Shown piece after piece: positions 24,901 to 36,084 of a stretch of DNA of 64,000 nucleotides. Both the position numbers and the translations under genes were made by a program. Every line of letters starts with the position of its first letter. The first letter of the stretch is position 1. Under the pieces are notes generated by a model. It saw only the letters and a list, made by a program, of their open reading frames with translations. It had not been told where the DNA came from and searched no databases. Source of the stretch: Callorhinchus milii (lineage: Eukaryota); NCBI RefSeq assembly GCF_018977255.1, contig NW_024704742.1:40178001-40242000 (forward strand), in the 5' to 3' direction.

Positions 24901-27047
24901 TGTGAACTCTTTGACTTTGTATCTTGTACAATTTCTTTTAGTTTGACATCTTGTAAGATTTCTTTCATAAGCTGAGAAGTTTCAGTATCATTTCCCCGTT
25001 TCTCTCCTTTTTCATCATATTGAATGTCTTCCTGTATATTTTTCTTCAATTTTGACTGTGAATGTTCAGAATCATTTTCTTTTTGCTTTTCGTTAACTTT
25101 TATATCTTCTACACTTTCCTTAGATTTTGACTTAGATTCAGATTCTTTTCTGTTACCTTTTGTATCTTGGACATTTTCCTTAAACTTTGATAGAGAGTTT
25201 TCAGGTTTGTTCCCTCTCTCGTTGTTTCGAATATCTTCTTGAACCTTTGTGTTAGATTTTAACCGAACATCTTCGGTTTCATCACGTTTTTCTTTCATTT
25301 TTTCCATGGTACGAGTATCTTCGTGTGCTTTTTCTTTAGATTTTGAACGAGACTTTTCATAATCGCTTCTTTTTTCTATTCCTTTCTCAGTACCCTGCAT
25401 TTTTTCCTTGCATTTTAAGCGCGAGTTCTCCGAATATTCTTTGGGTTTTGAGCGAGAGCTCTCAGAATCGCGTCTCTTTTCTACTCTTTTCTCACTCTTG
25501 TGAACATCTTCCTGTACTTTTTCCTTGCATTTTGCCTGCATGTTTTCTGAGTGTTCCTTGGACTTCGATCGAGAGTTTTCAAAGTTGCGCCTCTTTTCGA
25601 TTCCTTTCTCATTACCCTGAATATCTTCCTGTACCTTTTCCTTGGATCTTGACCGTGAATTTTCAAATTTCTGTCTTTTTTCTATTCCCTTCTCATTGCT
25701 CTTTGTGCCTTCCACACCTTCTTGCAAGTGTTCTTTTGATTTAGACCTAGAATTTTCAAAATTCTTTCTTTTATCTTTGCTTTTCGTACCTTCTTGTATA
25801 GTTTCCTTGGACTTTGAACGTGAATTTTCAGATTCATTTCTCCTTTCCTTGCTTTTCTCATTAACTTTAGTATCTTCCTGTATGATTTCCTTAGACTTCG
25901 ATCGTGAATTTTCAGATCCATGCCTCCTTTCTTTGCTTTTCTCATTTCCTTTAGAATCTTCCTGCAAGTTTTCCTTAGATTTTGATCGTGAGTGTTCATA
26001 TTCATTTCTCTTCTCCTTGTTTTTAGCATTGTCTAGTTTATGCTCCTTGGATTTTGACCGAGTGTATTCAGATTCATTCCTCTTTTCCTTACCTTTTTCA
26101 TGACCTCTAGCATCTTCTTGCAAGTTTTCCTTGGATTTTGACCGACAGCGTTCAGACTCCCTTCTTTTTTCCTTACCTTTTTCATGTCCCTTATCATCTT
26201 GTACATTTTCCTTGGATTTTGACAAAGAATGCTCAGATTCTTTCTTTTTATCTTTGCCTTTTGTATTTTCCTGCATATTTTCTTTTGATTTTGATCTAGA
26301 ATTTTCAGAGTTATTTCTCTTCTCTCCGCCTTTAATATCTTCCTGCGTGTTCTCCTTGGATTTTGAGTGTGAATGTTCAAATTCATGCCTCTTTTCTTTG
26401 CACTTCTCATGGCTTTTGTTATCTTGCTGTGAGTTTTCCTTGGATTTTGATCGCAGGTTTTCAGAATCATGTCTCTTTTCTTTTCCTTTCTCGATGCCTT
26501 TTTCTTCCTTTACTTTTGATAGTTCTCTAGACTTGGCATTTTTGCCATGCTCTGCTACAGGTAAGTCTTCACAAATGGTTGGAGAGACCACAGCTCTATC
26601 ACCCTTCAACAGCATTAAGCGACTGCAATTGGACTTGGCTTTCTCCTCTGGAAAATCTCTCAACTTCTGATCAATGTCTGTGCAAGTATCTGCCTTTGAA
26701 CCATTCTCAGATACCACAAGTTCACTATCATCAGTTTCTCTGACTTGCCTTCCTTCAGCTTTCTGCCTTGATAATTCTTTACTGCTGGCATCTGTATCCA
26801 TTTCATAATCATTTATTTTAACCTTATCAACTTGAGTTGCTTTCAATACTTTCAGATCCGAATCCTGAGCTAAAGAGTTGCTTCTTAAATGTTTTTGGCA
26901 AGGTTCATGATGCACGTCTGGTTCATTTGTGCTGTCCTCATTTGACTGAATGGACTCTGAGCGTCCAACATGCTTTGATGGCAAATCTGTGAACTGTATA
27001 CAGTTGGATTCCTTTGAAGTGGAGGATGGAGAAGCATTTTCCATGTC
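21962..27047 (-). CDS. BOD1L1: BOD1L1 giant central exon (5,086 nt), low-complexity and repeat-rich
   Basis: ttttttttcag|GAC ATG...CAAG|gtaag; uninterrupted 1,695 codons (ORF 21948..27044); phase 0 to 1; same position in the gene as the very large central exon of vertebrate BOD1L1. Confidence 0.92.
22532..24070 (-). repeat. Coding minisatellite, 27-bp unit x about 57 (SPEAESK[Q/E/D/G/N]N)
   Basis: Unit AATTCACCCGAAGCTGAGTCGAAAGAC repeated in tandem; copies counted from the translation. Confidence 0.97.
24071..24950 (-). repeat. Degenerate coding 27-bp (9-aa) repeats, KSKENLPDT-like
   Basis: About 30 diverged 9-aa units (KSKENSQDT, KSKEGTPDT, ISKEHLPDT, ESKENSLKT) continuous with the homogeneous array. 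Confidence 0.85.
24990..26470 (-). repeat. Coding repeats, mostly 24-28 aa (ENSRSKSKENxQEDxKGxEKxKExR)
   Basis: About 20 recurrences of an RSKSKE core in the translation. Confidence 0.85.
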
Positions 27048-27640
27048 CTGAAAAAAAACTTTCGGTTAGGGCGTGTCTAAGTTCTCAGATACACAAGTAA
27101 TTCATCCCTTTACAAATAGGTAGCCCATTTTCTAGATGTTACACAGAGTCCAGTTCTGTGAATATATGATGATATATCCAGGATGTGATATCTACCTTGA
27201 TTTGTATGCAATTTTTTTCTGAAACTTCACATTTTCAACTGGTGGAACTATCACTCAGTGGGTAGGGATATATGTTTGAGTAATAGGTAGAAGGATGGCA
27301 GCAATAATCCCACATGCTTCATTCTGATCTGTGTTGGTCACCAAAAGGCTCCCAAGGAGTTCCTGATCCCTACTACCCACCTAGCCTGCGCTGGTCAGAT
27401 GTTTAATGGCCAACTAGTGACTATCTGGGGTGGGGGGGAAGCAACGAAAGTATGTGATCTCCTTGGGGCCCAGATAGCTCCACAGTAATTACTTGGCTGT
27501 GAATTATTGGAATTGAATTAACATGTGGTCTTGACGGTATGGTTCCCGAACCAGGTGGATGTGCTGTAGACTTGGGGGAACAGACCAGTCAGCCATGGAT
27601 TCTTCCTGCTTGGCTCCTGATAACCCTGCAAACTAAAGTG

Positions 27641-27928
27641 TGGAGTCCTGTAGTTCAGTGGTTACAGCACTCATAAGCGAGAGACCTGGGTTCGAAGTTT
27701 CCTTACTCCACCCGCCTGATAATAATCCCTCAAGAAAAAAAACAATAATAATTTGGTCACTTCAATCCACAACTGTTTGTGGGATACTGCTGTGTGTAAT
27801 TGGCTGCCGCGTTTCACCCACAGAAATGCAGTCAATTCTGCTTTACAGTATATTCTGTGAAGCGCTTTGAGACGTCTAGAAGATGTGGAAAGCGCAATAT
27901 CAAATTCAAGAATTATTATTATTATTAT
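27641..27928 (+). mobile_element. tRNA-derived SINE, internally deleted
   Basis: Same head and tail as the 4762 copy; possible TAAAGT target-site duplication. Confidence 0.85.
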
Positions 27929-27959
27929 AAAGTACTAGCTAAAGCTAACGTTTCATTAC

Positions 27960-28062
27960 CTTTTCTGTGATCAATTTAATAAGCGCCTCCTTCAATTCTT
28001 CAGGATGTTCACGCTTCCTTTTTCGATCTTCATGGTGCAAAGCAAATTCCTCGGATATATTT
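27960..28062 (-). CDS. BOD1L1: BOD1L1 internal exon
   Basis: tttttcag|A...AAG|gtaat; open frame NISEEFALHHEDRKRKREHPEELKEALIKLITEK; phase 2 to 0, which bridges the neighbouring exons exactly. Confidence 0.85.
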
Positions 28063-29275
28063 CTGAAAAACATGGAATTCTCAAATGCAATACATCATAC
28101 ATACACATACATACCACATTCGGTAAGTAAAGCCCACTTTAATTCACAAGTTAAAATAATTTTGATAATTTTCTAAACCAGGAAGAACTGCAGTAACTGA
28201 CCTGGTTTATATGTACACACTGCCCAACCCTCATTAGAACATAAGTTGCTTATAATGTGATTGGGGCGTGGGCCAACATTTGTTACTAAAACAAAATGAA
28301 AATACGGGCAGAAAGCCAGCATGTTTTAAATAACCGGTTGGCATCTCATGCTTAAAAATGATCAACTTCTGGGTCATCAGGTCAGTGCTGATATCATTTT
28401 GGCGGTACTCCGGAAGCTATCCATTTTGATCTTTCCCACGCTGAAAAGAGGCTGACTTCTGGGTCCATCGTTGACAGCACTTCATTCTTGTTGGCAGAGA
28501 TACAATTACCCAGATGTCTACTTTTTTTTTAGTGTAGGGAGCAGGTAGCCTTTTCCTCAAACTGTTTCAGCAAATAACGGTGCCATTGGGGTTGGTGGAA
28601 AAGGAGGCAATGTAAATGGTGCTTTGATGGAAGGAAATGCACCTCAGAACGTAAAGTCCATCTCCCACAGGGACATCATGTACATAACGGAAATTCAAGA
28701 GACTGCGGCTCTAAACTGATTCAGAGCCAAGGTCTTGTAAATTACCATTATGCACGTGGTGTTCTCTGCAACTTAAGCGCTCTGGTACACTTTCCTGTGT
28801 GAGCGGCGCTATATAAATGCAAGTTGTGGTTGTTGTTGTAAGTCCCAAATGCCTTTTCTGACATCAAGGCTCTCTTTCGACTGCTGCTTCACCAACAGGG
28901 ACTGTTACAAGCAGAGTTGGACAACTAATTGATTAGCCGGGCAATATTTCTGTTATGGTTAACAGCTTGTCAGGACATGGAACTTATGTAGTCTATGCTG
29001 ACACTCCAGTGCAGTGCTGGGCATGTTAAACTGAGGTCCGTTTGTCTGTTCAGGTGATCATTAAAGATTTCATAGCTGTATTTGAAAAGAGAAACGAGCT
29101 TCTCTCAGTATCCTCACCAACAATCCCGCAAATAAAGTTGGTTATTCATTTCCCACAAACAGCCAATGTTTGCCCACAAAATAATCAGTCGCCCAGTATA
29201 TCCTGTGAAGCGCTTGAGATGCCCTCCCAATTTGAAAGGTATTATATTAAATATAAGGATTATTATTAACTATAC

Positions 29276-29426
29276 CTTGAATGTCCTTTTTGTTTTTTTC
29301 TCAATGCCACTTTTTTCTCTAAGACTCTTTGTTCTTTCAACGTTGCTTTGCTTACTTTTGAAATTGAGGTTGCGGACTGCTGCATTTTCTTCAAACTGAT
29401 TTCGATATCCAAACTACTTTCATTAC
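29276..29426 (-). CDS. BOD1L1: BOD1L1 internal exon
   Basis: ttccag|GT...AG|gtata; encodes GNESSLDIE...LKEQRVLEKKVALRKKQKGHSR, cf. BOD1L1 LKERKVLEKKVALSKKRKKDSR; phase 1 to 2. Confidence 0.92.
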
Positions 29427-30384
29427 CTGGAATGAAACCAGCAGGGAGGAGAGTTTGAAAATATAATTTAGATTCAACCTTTAGTCACGTTAAAATAATT
29501 ATACCCATCAATAACATTACCAAATGTATTGCAATGGTACAAACCATATTTAGAAAAAATATAAAGTATTTGATGAATTTCAAACCATATATATATATAC
29601 GCACACACACATATACACATGTCTCTAAAACGTAATGTTTTCTTTTTAGTTTGGTGTGCAGATGGGATGCATGGAACTCTAAGTTTGTTTTGGATACTCT
29701 TATGCATGGTGATGGGTTTCCGCATGCGTCTGACACGAAAACATTTTTTAGTTTGGGATATGCAAAACTGTAATCTTTAAAAAAGCCATGTTAGATAATC
29801 TTTCAGAAGCATTAACATGAATTGGGAGTGCACAATGAAGTGTAAAAATTAAAGCATGTCAACATTTGTGTTATTGGTTTTGCCACTTATGAGAATGGGG
29901 ATCGAATTCTCAACCAAGGAAGCAGATAATTTGGTAAATTTGATAGGAGAAAATAACAATTAGAATACTAGGGAGAGGGGAACTGCACTCCAGCATGTAC
30001 CTGTAAACTAGAAGAGGGTTAGTAATTTAACCTCAAGAGGACAAGCAGTTTCAGGGATTTCTGCGCTTCCTAGCTGTGTTTTTCTAAAATAATCAGCAAA
30101 TGATGCTGAAAAATATCATGATGTGTTGAGTAATTGCTGGAACATTAGTTAGCAGGGAGAGCAGGAGCAGTGTGCAAAATGCCTCCTGCACACATGCAAC
30201 ATTAAAATAAAAGCAAATTTGTTTTAAATCAATCGCATTCCCTGTGAAACAGATATTACTATTGCATCTGAGAAACATGCTTGAACCGACTATTTAAAGG
30301 TTTGAGATCATTAAAAACATTTAAAACTTTATGGAAGTTTAAAAATGACCCCTTTTACGCAGCTTTCAGCTAAAGTTTGATTAC

Positions 30385-30523
30385 CTTGTTCCAGTGTTTT
30401 GATACATTCGCTCTCTCTCTTCGTGTCATCTTGCAATCTGTCTTTATCAGTTTCTAGGTGTTTATCCTCCACCCTTTCCCTGTTCCACTGTCTCCTGAGT
30501 AACCGCTCTGCTTTCTCTTTTGC
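30385..30523 (-). CDS. BOD1L1: BOD1L1 internal exon
   Basis: ttcatag|GCA...CAAG|gtaat; encodes AKEKAERLLRRQWNRERVEDK..., cf. BOD1L1 AKEKEERLLRRQINREKLEEK; phase 0 to 1. Not in the ORF track. Confidence 0.92.
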
Positions 30524-31371
30524 CTATGAACAAGAGATAGAAAGATCATAACTTCACCTCTTTAGAATTCAAGTCTAGTATGCTCATACAGTGATCTAAT
30601 TGCACCCTCTACTAGTCAACGGATCAGACCAGTAGCTCTGCTTCACTGCTTTGTTACAAACTTAATCATTGGATTTAATATTCTTCCACAAATCTAACAA
30701 TTTTAAGTAAATTGTTAAGAAATGAACACCAATTCAACCTCAGCCCTTTACCTAGGATTACATGACCTGAATTTAGCATCTATTCACTCCATCTCCAAAT
30801 ATCTGTTAGAAACCAAGAAATGTTAAGAATAACATGGTTGAAGCTTAAACATTTTATAACTGTCAGCAGAACCCAGAGATTAAATTGTAACCACTGACAT
30901 AAAGAGAAATTGGAAGAATTATTAAACCTGGCATTATAAGAGGATTAATATACAATTTATAAATGCAATTAAATTTAACAGCATCTTTACTGATATTAAT
31001 AAATTTCCCTCACACTGTTGGTAACTCCATCAAACCAATTCATTCTACCAATAAATTCAAAATGGCAAAGAATTTTGAAGTTAATTCTTCAGCTGCATTT
31101 CCTCTCAGCTCCCGCTCCTTAAATTCCAGATATCAATCTATTAACTATCAAACTCAAGGAAGTAAGGGTGGTCCAACCTTTTGGCTGCTGAGGGCCAGAT
31201 GCCCTATTTGAACAATGTCTGTGAGCAGCATAAGCAATATTTTTGTGTTTTCCTTCCAGAAACATAACATCATATTTATGGGTTCAGGATGGAGTGGGTA
31301 GGCCAGATGAAATGGAGGGTGGGGGGAGTGGGGAGTAAAATCGGCTCGCAGCTGCCAGTTGGACCACCCTG

Positions 31372-31750
31372 ATAATAATAATCCTTGCATTTGATATAGC
31401 ACCTTATCACGTCTTCTAGACGTCTCAAAGCGCTTCACAGAATATACTGCAAATTTAATTGACTATATTTTTTGGGCAAAATATGGTAGCCAATTGCGCT
31501 CAGCAGTGTCCCACAAACAGTCGTGGATTTTGAGTGACCAAGTTATTATTATTATTTTTTTTTGAAGGGATTATTACCCAGGTAAAGTGATCCGCGAAAC
31601 GACTAACAACTGGGTTCCTAATTCCTGCTAGGTAAACAGAGGCGTGTGGAGTAAGGAAGCTTGCCCAATGTTTCGCCCTGCTCAGGAATCAAACCCAGGT
31701 CCTCTCGCTTGCGAGGCAAGTGCTCTAACCACTAAACTACAGGACTCCAC
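31372..31750 (-). mobile_element. tRNA-derived SINE, full length
   Basis: Reverse complement of the 4762 family. Confidence 0.9.
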
Positions 31751-31825
31751 CATGTAAGTAAATGCAAATCGAAATATCACATATAATACAGGACCATCAA
31801 GTGAATGTTTTGATCTATAACTTAC

Positions 31826-31983
31826 AACTGACTGTCGTCGCTGAACCACAGTTTCTTCATCATCTGAGTCACTGTAGTACTTTGAATATAGGAAAGGTTT
31901 ATGGATATACGGATGGCGTGCAGGTTTTGCTTTATCCTCCTTATGATGTTCATCATTTGTTTTCAATGCCATGCTTTCTTTTC
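31826..31983 (-). CDS. BOD1L1: BOD1L1 internal exon
   Basis: ttttccag|GA...GTT|gtaag; encodes KPARHPYIHKPFLYSKYYSDSDDEETVVQRRQSV, matching the conserved BOD1L1 motif RHAYVHKPYLYSKYYSDSDDELTVEQRRQSI; phase 1 to 0. Confidence 0.93.
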
Positions 31984-32761
31984 CTGGAAAAAGTACATTA
32001 TTATCAACAATAAACTTCTCCTGTCTAATATACTATACCATAAGTTAAGCGTTCTGTCTCAAGCATTTGTTTTGCTCAATATAGTATGCTGCCCATATTA
32101 TATATTCTGCCTCCTCCTCTTCAAAGGAGTAAAACGGAAGACACTTATTATATGTTGTATTATTGTGCTCTAAAGTACTGGTTATTGCAACATAAGAGAC
32201 CTGTCCAAAATCTAGAGGCAGCTTAAAGGACAATATGAATGACATGCCCAGGTTAGAGGGATCAGCAATGAAAGATTAGATATGATGGGGCTCTTCACAC
32301 TAAAAAGATGTGTCTCAGAGGGGATAATATAGTGGTACTGAGAAGTAGGGCGAGTATTCTGGATGGGCCGTAGGGTTATCTTCACCTGAACCTCTTTGGC
32401 GATCTTATGAACACTGGTTCACGCCAGTGTTTATAATCCACTCAATTCTCGACATATTCTTTACTCCCTTTAACACCCTTCTGTTCCCCTCTCCCCCATG
32501 TGAATATCTAGCTTCCTCTTGAATGCATCTATACTAACTGATTTAACCACTGTGTCAGGCAGCTAGTTTCTTACTACCATCTGTATGAAGTAGTTCCTCC
32601 TAAATTCTCTTTTATATCCCCTAGTCACTACACAACTATAGCCCCGAGTTCTGTTTTCTAAGTAGACAATTAAGAGCAGAATGTAAGTTTATGATGAAAG
32701 GTTAACCAATGCACTCTTATGTTTTAACTAAATTGTGCCTTAATCTAACACAAAATAACTG

Positions 32762-33325
32762 CTCCAGGGGGGAATTATTGGCAAGAGGAGCAGGCTCCAA
32801 GATGACATGCTTGGCAACAGAATATCGGAATTGAGTCAACCCTGTGGTGGTTTTAGCAATCTGGTTCCTGAGCCAGGCGGGTCTGTCGTACTCCAAGGCA
32901 TTGCTGACAACACACCAGCAGCCTGGCTGATCAGCACAACTTGGAGGGGCAGACAATAGACTCCTGTTAACCCTGCAAGCCAAGCCCTAACAGGAAGTGC
33001 GGTCCTAGCTCTATAAGTGCAGGAAGATTGCTAAACAGTGCTCTCAATGCCAAGCTATGTGGTATCAGCTGGTTCAACTCCAGCAGCACCCCAATGAACA
33101 CACTGGGGTCCCCAAGCCTTAGCTCTTGCCAACCTGTGGCTAATACTCTCTGCAAATAGGTATGCAGAGCATTGCCCTCCAGGGAGAGGGAGAACATCCC
33201 ATTCCATACTCAGGGAGATTTCATGTATAGGTGACTTGCACATGTGAAACTCAGTCCGGTTTGGATACTCTGACATATGTGGAAACCCATCTCCATGCTT
33301 AAGATACCCGGTTGACCAAAACAAA
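32762..33325. repeat. Unclassified ~600-bp dispersed repeat (family X)
   Basis: Aligns by eye to 53400-54000 (same strand), 58215-58570 and 19440-19690 (opposite strand); terminal pieces at 17955-18095, 21700-21880, 29655-29740 and 57598-57660. Confidence 0.75.
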
Positions 33326-33363
33326 AGTTATAACTGATTTTTGATTCAAACATTCTTGGCAGT

Positions 33364-33388
33364 NNNNNNNNNNNNNNNNNNNNNNNNN
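33364..33388. other. Assembly gap (25 N)
   Basis: Run of 25 N. Confidence 1.
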
Positions 33389-33760
33389 TGGGGGTGGAGG
33401 TGGTTACAGGCCGCTGTGTGTGTGAGGTGTGGGGGTGGAGGTGGTTACAGGCCGCTGTGTGTGGTGTGGGGGTGGAGGTGGTTACAGGCCGCTGTGTGTG
33501 TGTGTGTGGGGGTGGAGGTGGTTACAGGCCGCTGTGTGTGGGGTGTGGGGGTGGAGGTGGTTACAGGCCGCTGTGTGAGGTGTGGGGGTGGAGGTGGTTA
33601 CAGGCCGCTGTGTGTGTGTGTGTGGGGTGGAGGTGGTTACAGGCCGCTGTGTGAGGTGTGGGGGTGGAGGTGGTTACAGGCCGCTGTGTGGTGTGGGGGT
33701 GGAGGTGGTTACAGGCCGCTGTGTGTGAGGTGTGGGGGTGGAGGTGGTTACGGGCCGCTC
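33389..33760. repeat. G-rich minisatellite in intron 1 (GGGGTGGAGGTGGTTACAGGCCGCTGTGTG... about 36-44 bp)
   Basis: About 9 tandem units with a variable (TG)n tract, running into the assembly gap. Confidence 0.95.
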
Positions 33761-33792
33761 TCTCTCTCGGGGTTGCCTGTGTGACTGGTTAC

Positions 33793-33909
33793 CTTGGTGT
33801 CCACATCCGCCAGGCAGTCGCGGCGGAATTGGTCAAACAGGCCCTGGCTCTTGAGGTGGTTGACGATCATAGAGACGAGTTTGGGGTCTCCGGCAGGAAG
33901 AGCCGCCAT
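33793..33909 (-). CDS. BOD1L1: BOD1L1 coding exon 1 (start of BOD1/COMPASS-Shg1 domain)
   Basis: ATG in ggagcgATGG context; encodes [39 protein letters not shown], almost identical to the vertebrate BOD1L1 motif [33 protein letters not shown]; ends at AAG|gtaacc, phase 0; 117 nt = 39 codons. Confidence 0.95.
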
Positions 33910-34012
33910 CGCTCCCGCACCGCCGCCCGGAATCACTGCGGCATGCCGGGAAACAGCACTTCCGGCAACAGCCCGAGCGCCAGACACGTGACCCAACGGC
34001 AGCGTCACCGAC
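33910..34012 (-). promoter_or_regulatory. BOD1L1 CpG-rich proximal promoter / 5'UTR
   Basis: CpG-dense; ETS site CACTTCCGG (33957-33965), E-box CACGTGAC (33985-33992), CRE half-site near 34003; TATA-less housekeeping pattern directly upstream of the ATG. Confidence 0.7.
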
Positions 34013-36075
34013 AGAGGGACAGTGAGAGAGAGAGTGATACAGAGAGTGAGTGATACAGAGAGACAGAGAGAGTGACACAGAGAGACAGAGAGAGTGAGAG
34101 AGTGAGAGAGACAGAGAGAGTGACACAGAGAGACAGAGAGAGTGACACAGAGAGACAGAGAGAGTGACACAGAGAGACAGAGAGAGTGAGAGAGTGAGAG
34201 AGACAGAGAGAGTGATACAGAGAGACAGAGAGAGTGATACAGAGAGACAGAGAGAGTGATACAGAGAGAGTGATACAGAGAGACAGAGAGAGTGATACAG
34301 AGAGACAGAGAGAGTGATACAGAGAGACAGAGAGAGAGACAGAGAGAGTGAGAGAGACAGAGAGAGTGATACAGAGAGACAGAGAGAGTAATACAGAGAG
34401 ACAGAGAGAGTGATACAGAGAGACAGAGAGAGTGATACAGAGAGACAGAGAGAGTGAGAGAGACAGAGAGAGTGAGAGAGACAGAGAGTGAGTGATACAG
34501 AGAGACAGAGAGAGTGAGAGAGACAGAGAGAGTGATACAGAGAGTGAGTGATACAGAGAGACCGAGAGAGTGATACAGAGAGTGAGTGATACAGAGAGAC
34601 AGAGAGAGAGAGTGAGAGAGACCGAGAGAGTGATACAGAGAGTGAGTGATACAGAGAGACAGAGAGAGAGAGTGAGAGAGACCAAGAGAGTGATACAGAG
34701 AGTGTGATACAGAGAGTGAGTGATACAGAGAGACAGAGAGAGTGAGAGAGACCGAGAGAGTGATACAGAGAGTGTGATACAGAGAGTGAGTGATACAGAG
34801 AGACAGAGAGAGTGAGAGAGACAGTGAGAGTGATACAGAGAGTGTGATACAGAGAGTGAGTGATACAGAGAGACAGAGAGAGTGAGAGAGACAGAGAGTG
34901 AGAGGTACAGAGAGAGTGAGAGATACAGAGAGTGATACAGAGAGTGTGATACAGAGAGTGAGTGATACAGAGAGACAGAGAGAGTGAGAGAGACAGAGAG
35001 AGTGATACAGAGAGTGTGATACAGAGAGTGAGTGATACAGAGAGACAGAGAGAGTGATACAGAGAGTGTGATACAGAGAGAGTGAGTGATACAGAGAGAG
35101 TGATACGGAGAGAGTGAGAGAGACAGAGAGTGATACAGAGAGAATGAGAAAGACAGTGAGAGTGAGAGGTACAGAGAGAGTGAGAGGTACAGAGAGAGTG
35201 AGAGGTACAGAGAGAGTGAGAGATACAGAGAGTGAGAGAGACAGACAGAGTGAGAGAGACAGACAGAGTGAGAGAGACAGACAGAGTGATACAGAGAGAG
35301 TGAGAGAGACAGAGAGTGAGAGAGACAGAGAGTGATACAGAGAGAGTGAGGGAGACAGAGAGAGATACAACGAGTGAGAGAGACAGAGAGAGTGAGAGAG
35401 ACAGAGAGTGATACAAAGAGTGAGAGAGACAGAGAGAGTGAGAGACAGAGAAAGTGAGTGATATACAGAGGTATACAGAGAGAGATATACAGAGATATAG
35501 ATACAGAGATAGTGAGAGAGATATACAGAGAGAGAAATACACAGACATATGCAGAGAGAGATACAGAGATACACAGAGAGATATACAGAGAAAGAAGGAG
35601 ATACAGACAGAGAGAGAGTGATACAGACAGAGAGAGGGAGATAATACAGAGAGAGAGAGAGGCATAGAGAGAGATCGGCACAGAGAGAGTCAGAGAGATA
35701 TACAGAGAGAGAGAGATGCAGAGAGAGATATACAAAGAGAGATACAGAGAAAGGCAGAGAGATACAGAGAGGCAGAGAGATAAACAAGAGAGGCAGGGAG
35801 AGTTATACAGAGAGAGAGGTAAGAGAGAAAGATAGCACACAGTGCAAGGTACAGAGAGAACGATACACAGATATAGAGAGATACAGAGAGAGAGAGAGAG
35901 GAACAGAGAAATACACACATGGAGAGACAGAGAAAGATACAGACAGAGACACAGAGGTACAGAGAGAGACCAAAAGTTACAAAGAGGGACACGCAGAGAG
36001 AGACAGGTACAGAAAGAGATGCACACAGAGAGGTACACATAGCCACAGAGAGAGGTGCAGCGAGAGATACACAAC
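34012..36075. repeat. (GA)-rich compound satellite (GAGAGTGATACAGAGAGACA-type units)
   Basis: About 2 kb of purine-rich units of about 10-22 bp, homogeneous near the promoter and decaying distally. Confidence 0.97.
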
Positions 36076-36084
36076 AACAATACA

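Noticed and set aside
21948..27044. Stand-alone 1698-aa intronless gene
   Set aside because: It is bounded by an acceptor 3 nt before the ATG and a donor before the stop, and is in phase with flanking BOD1L1 exons.
32045..32245. Acidic FEEEEAEY frame as one of the missing BOD1L1 exons
   Set aside because: No match to the expected SSFEED...EEGEITSD context and no convincing splice sites in the required phase.
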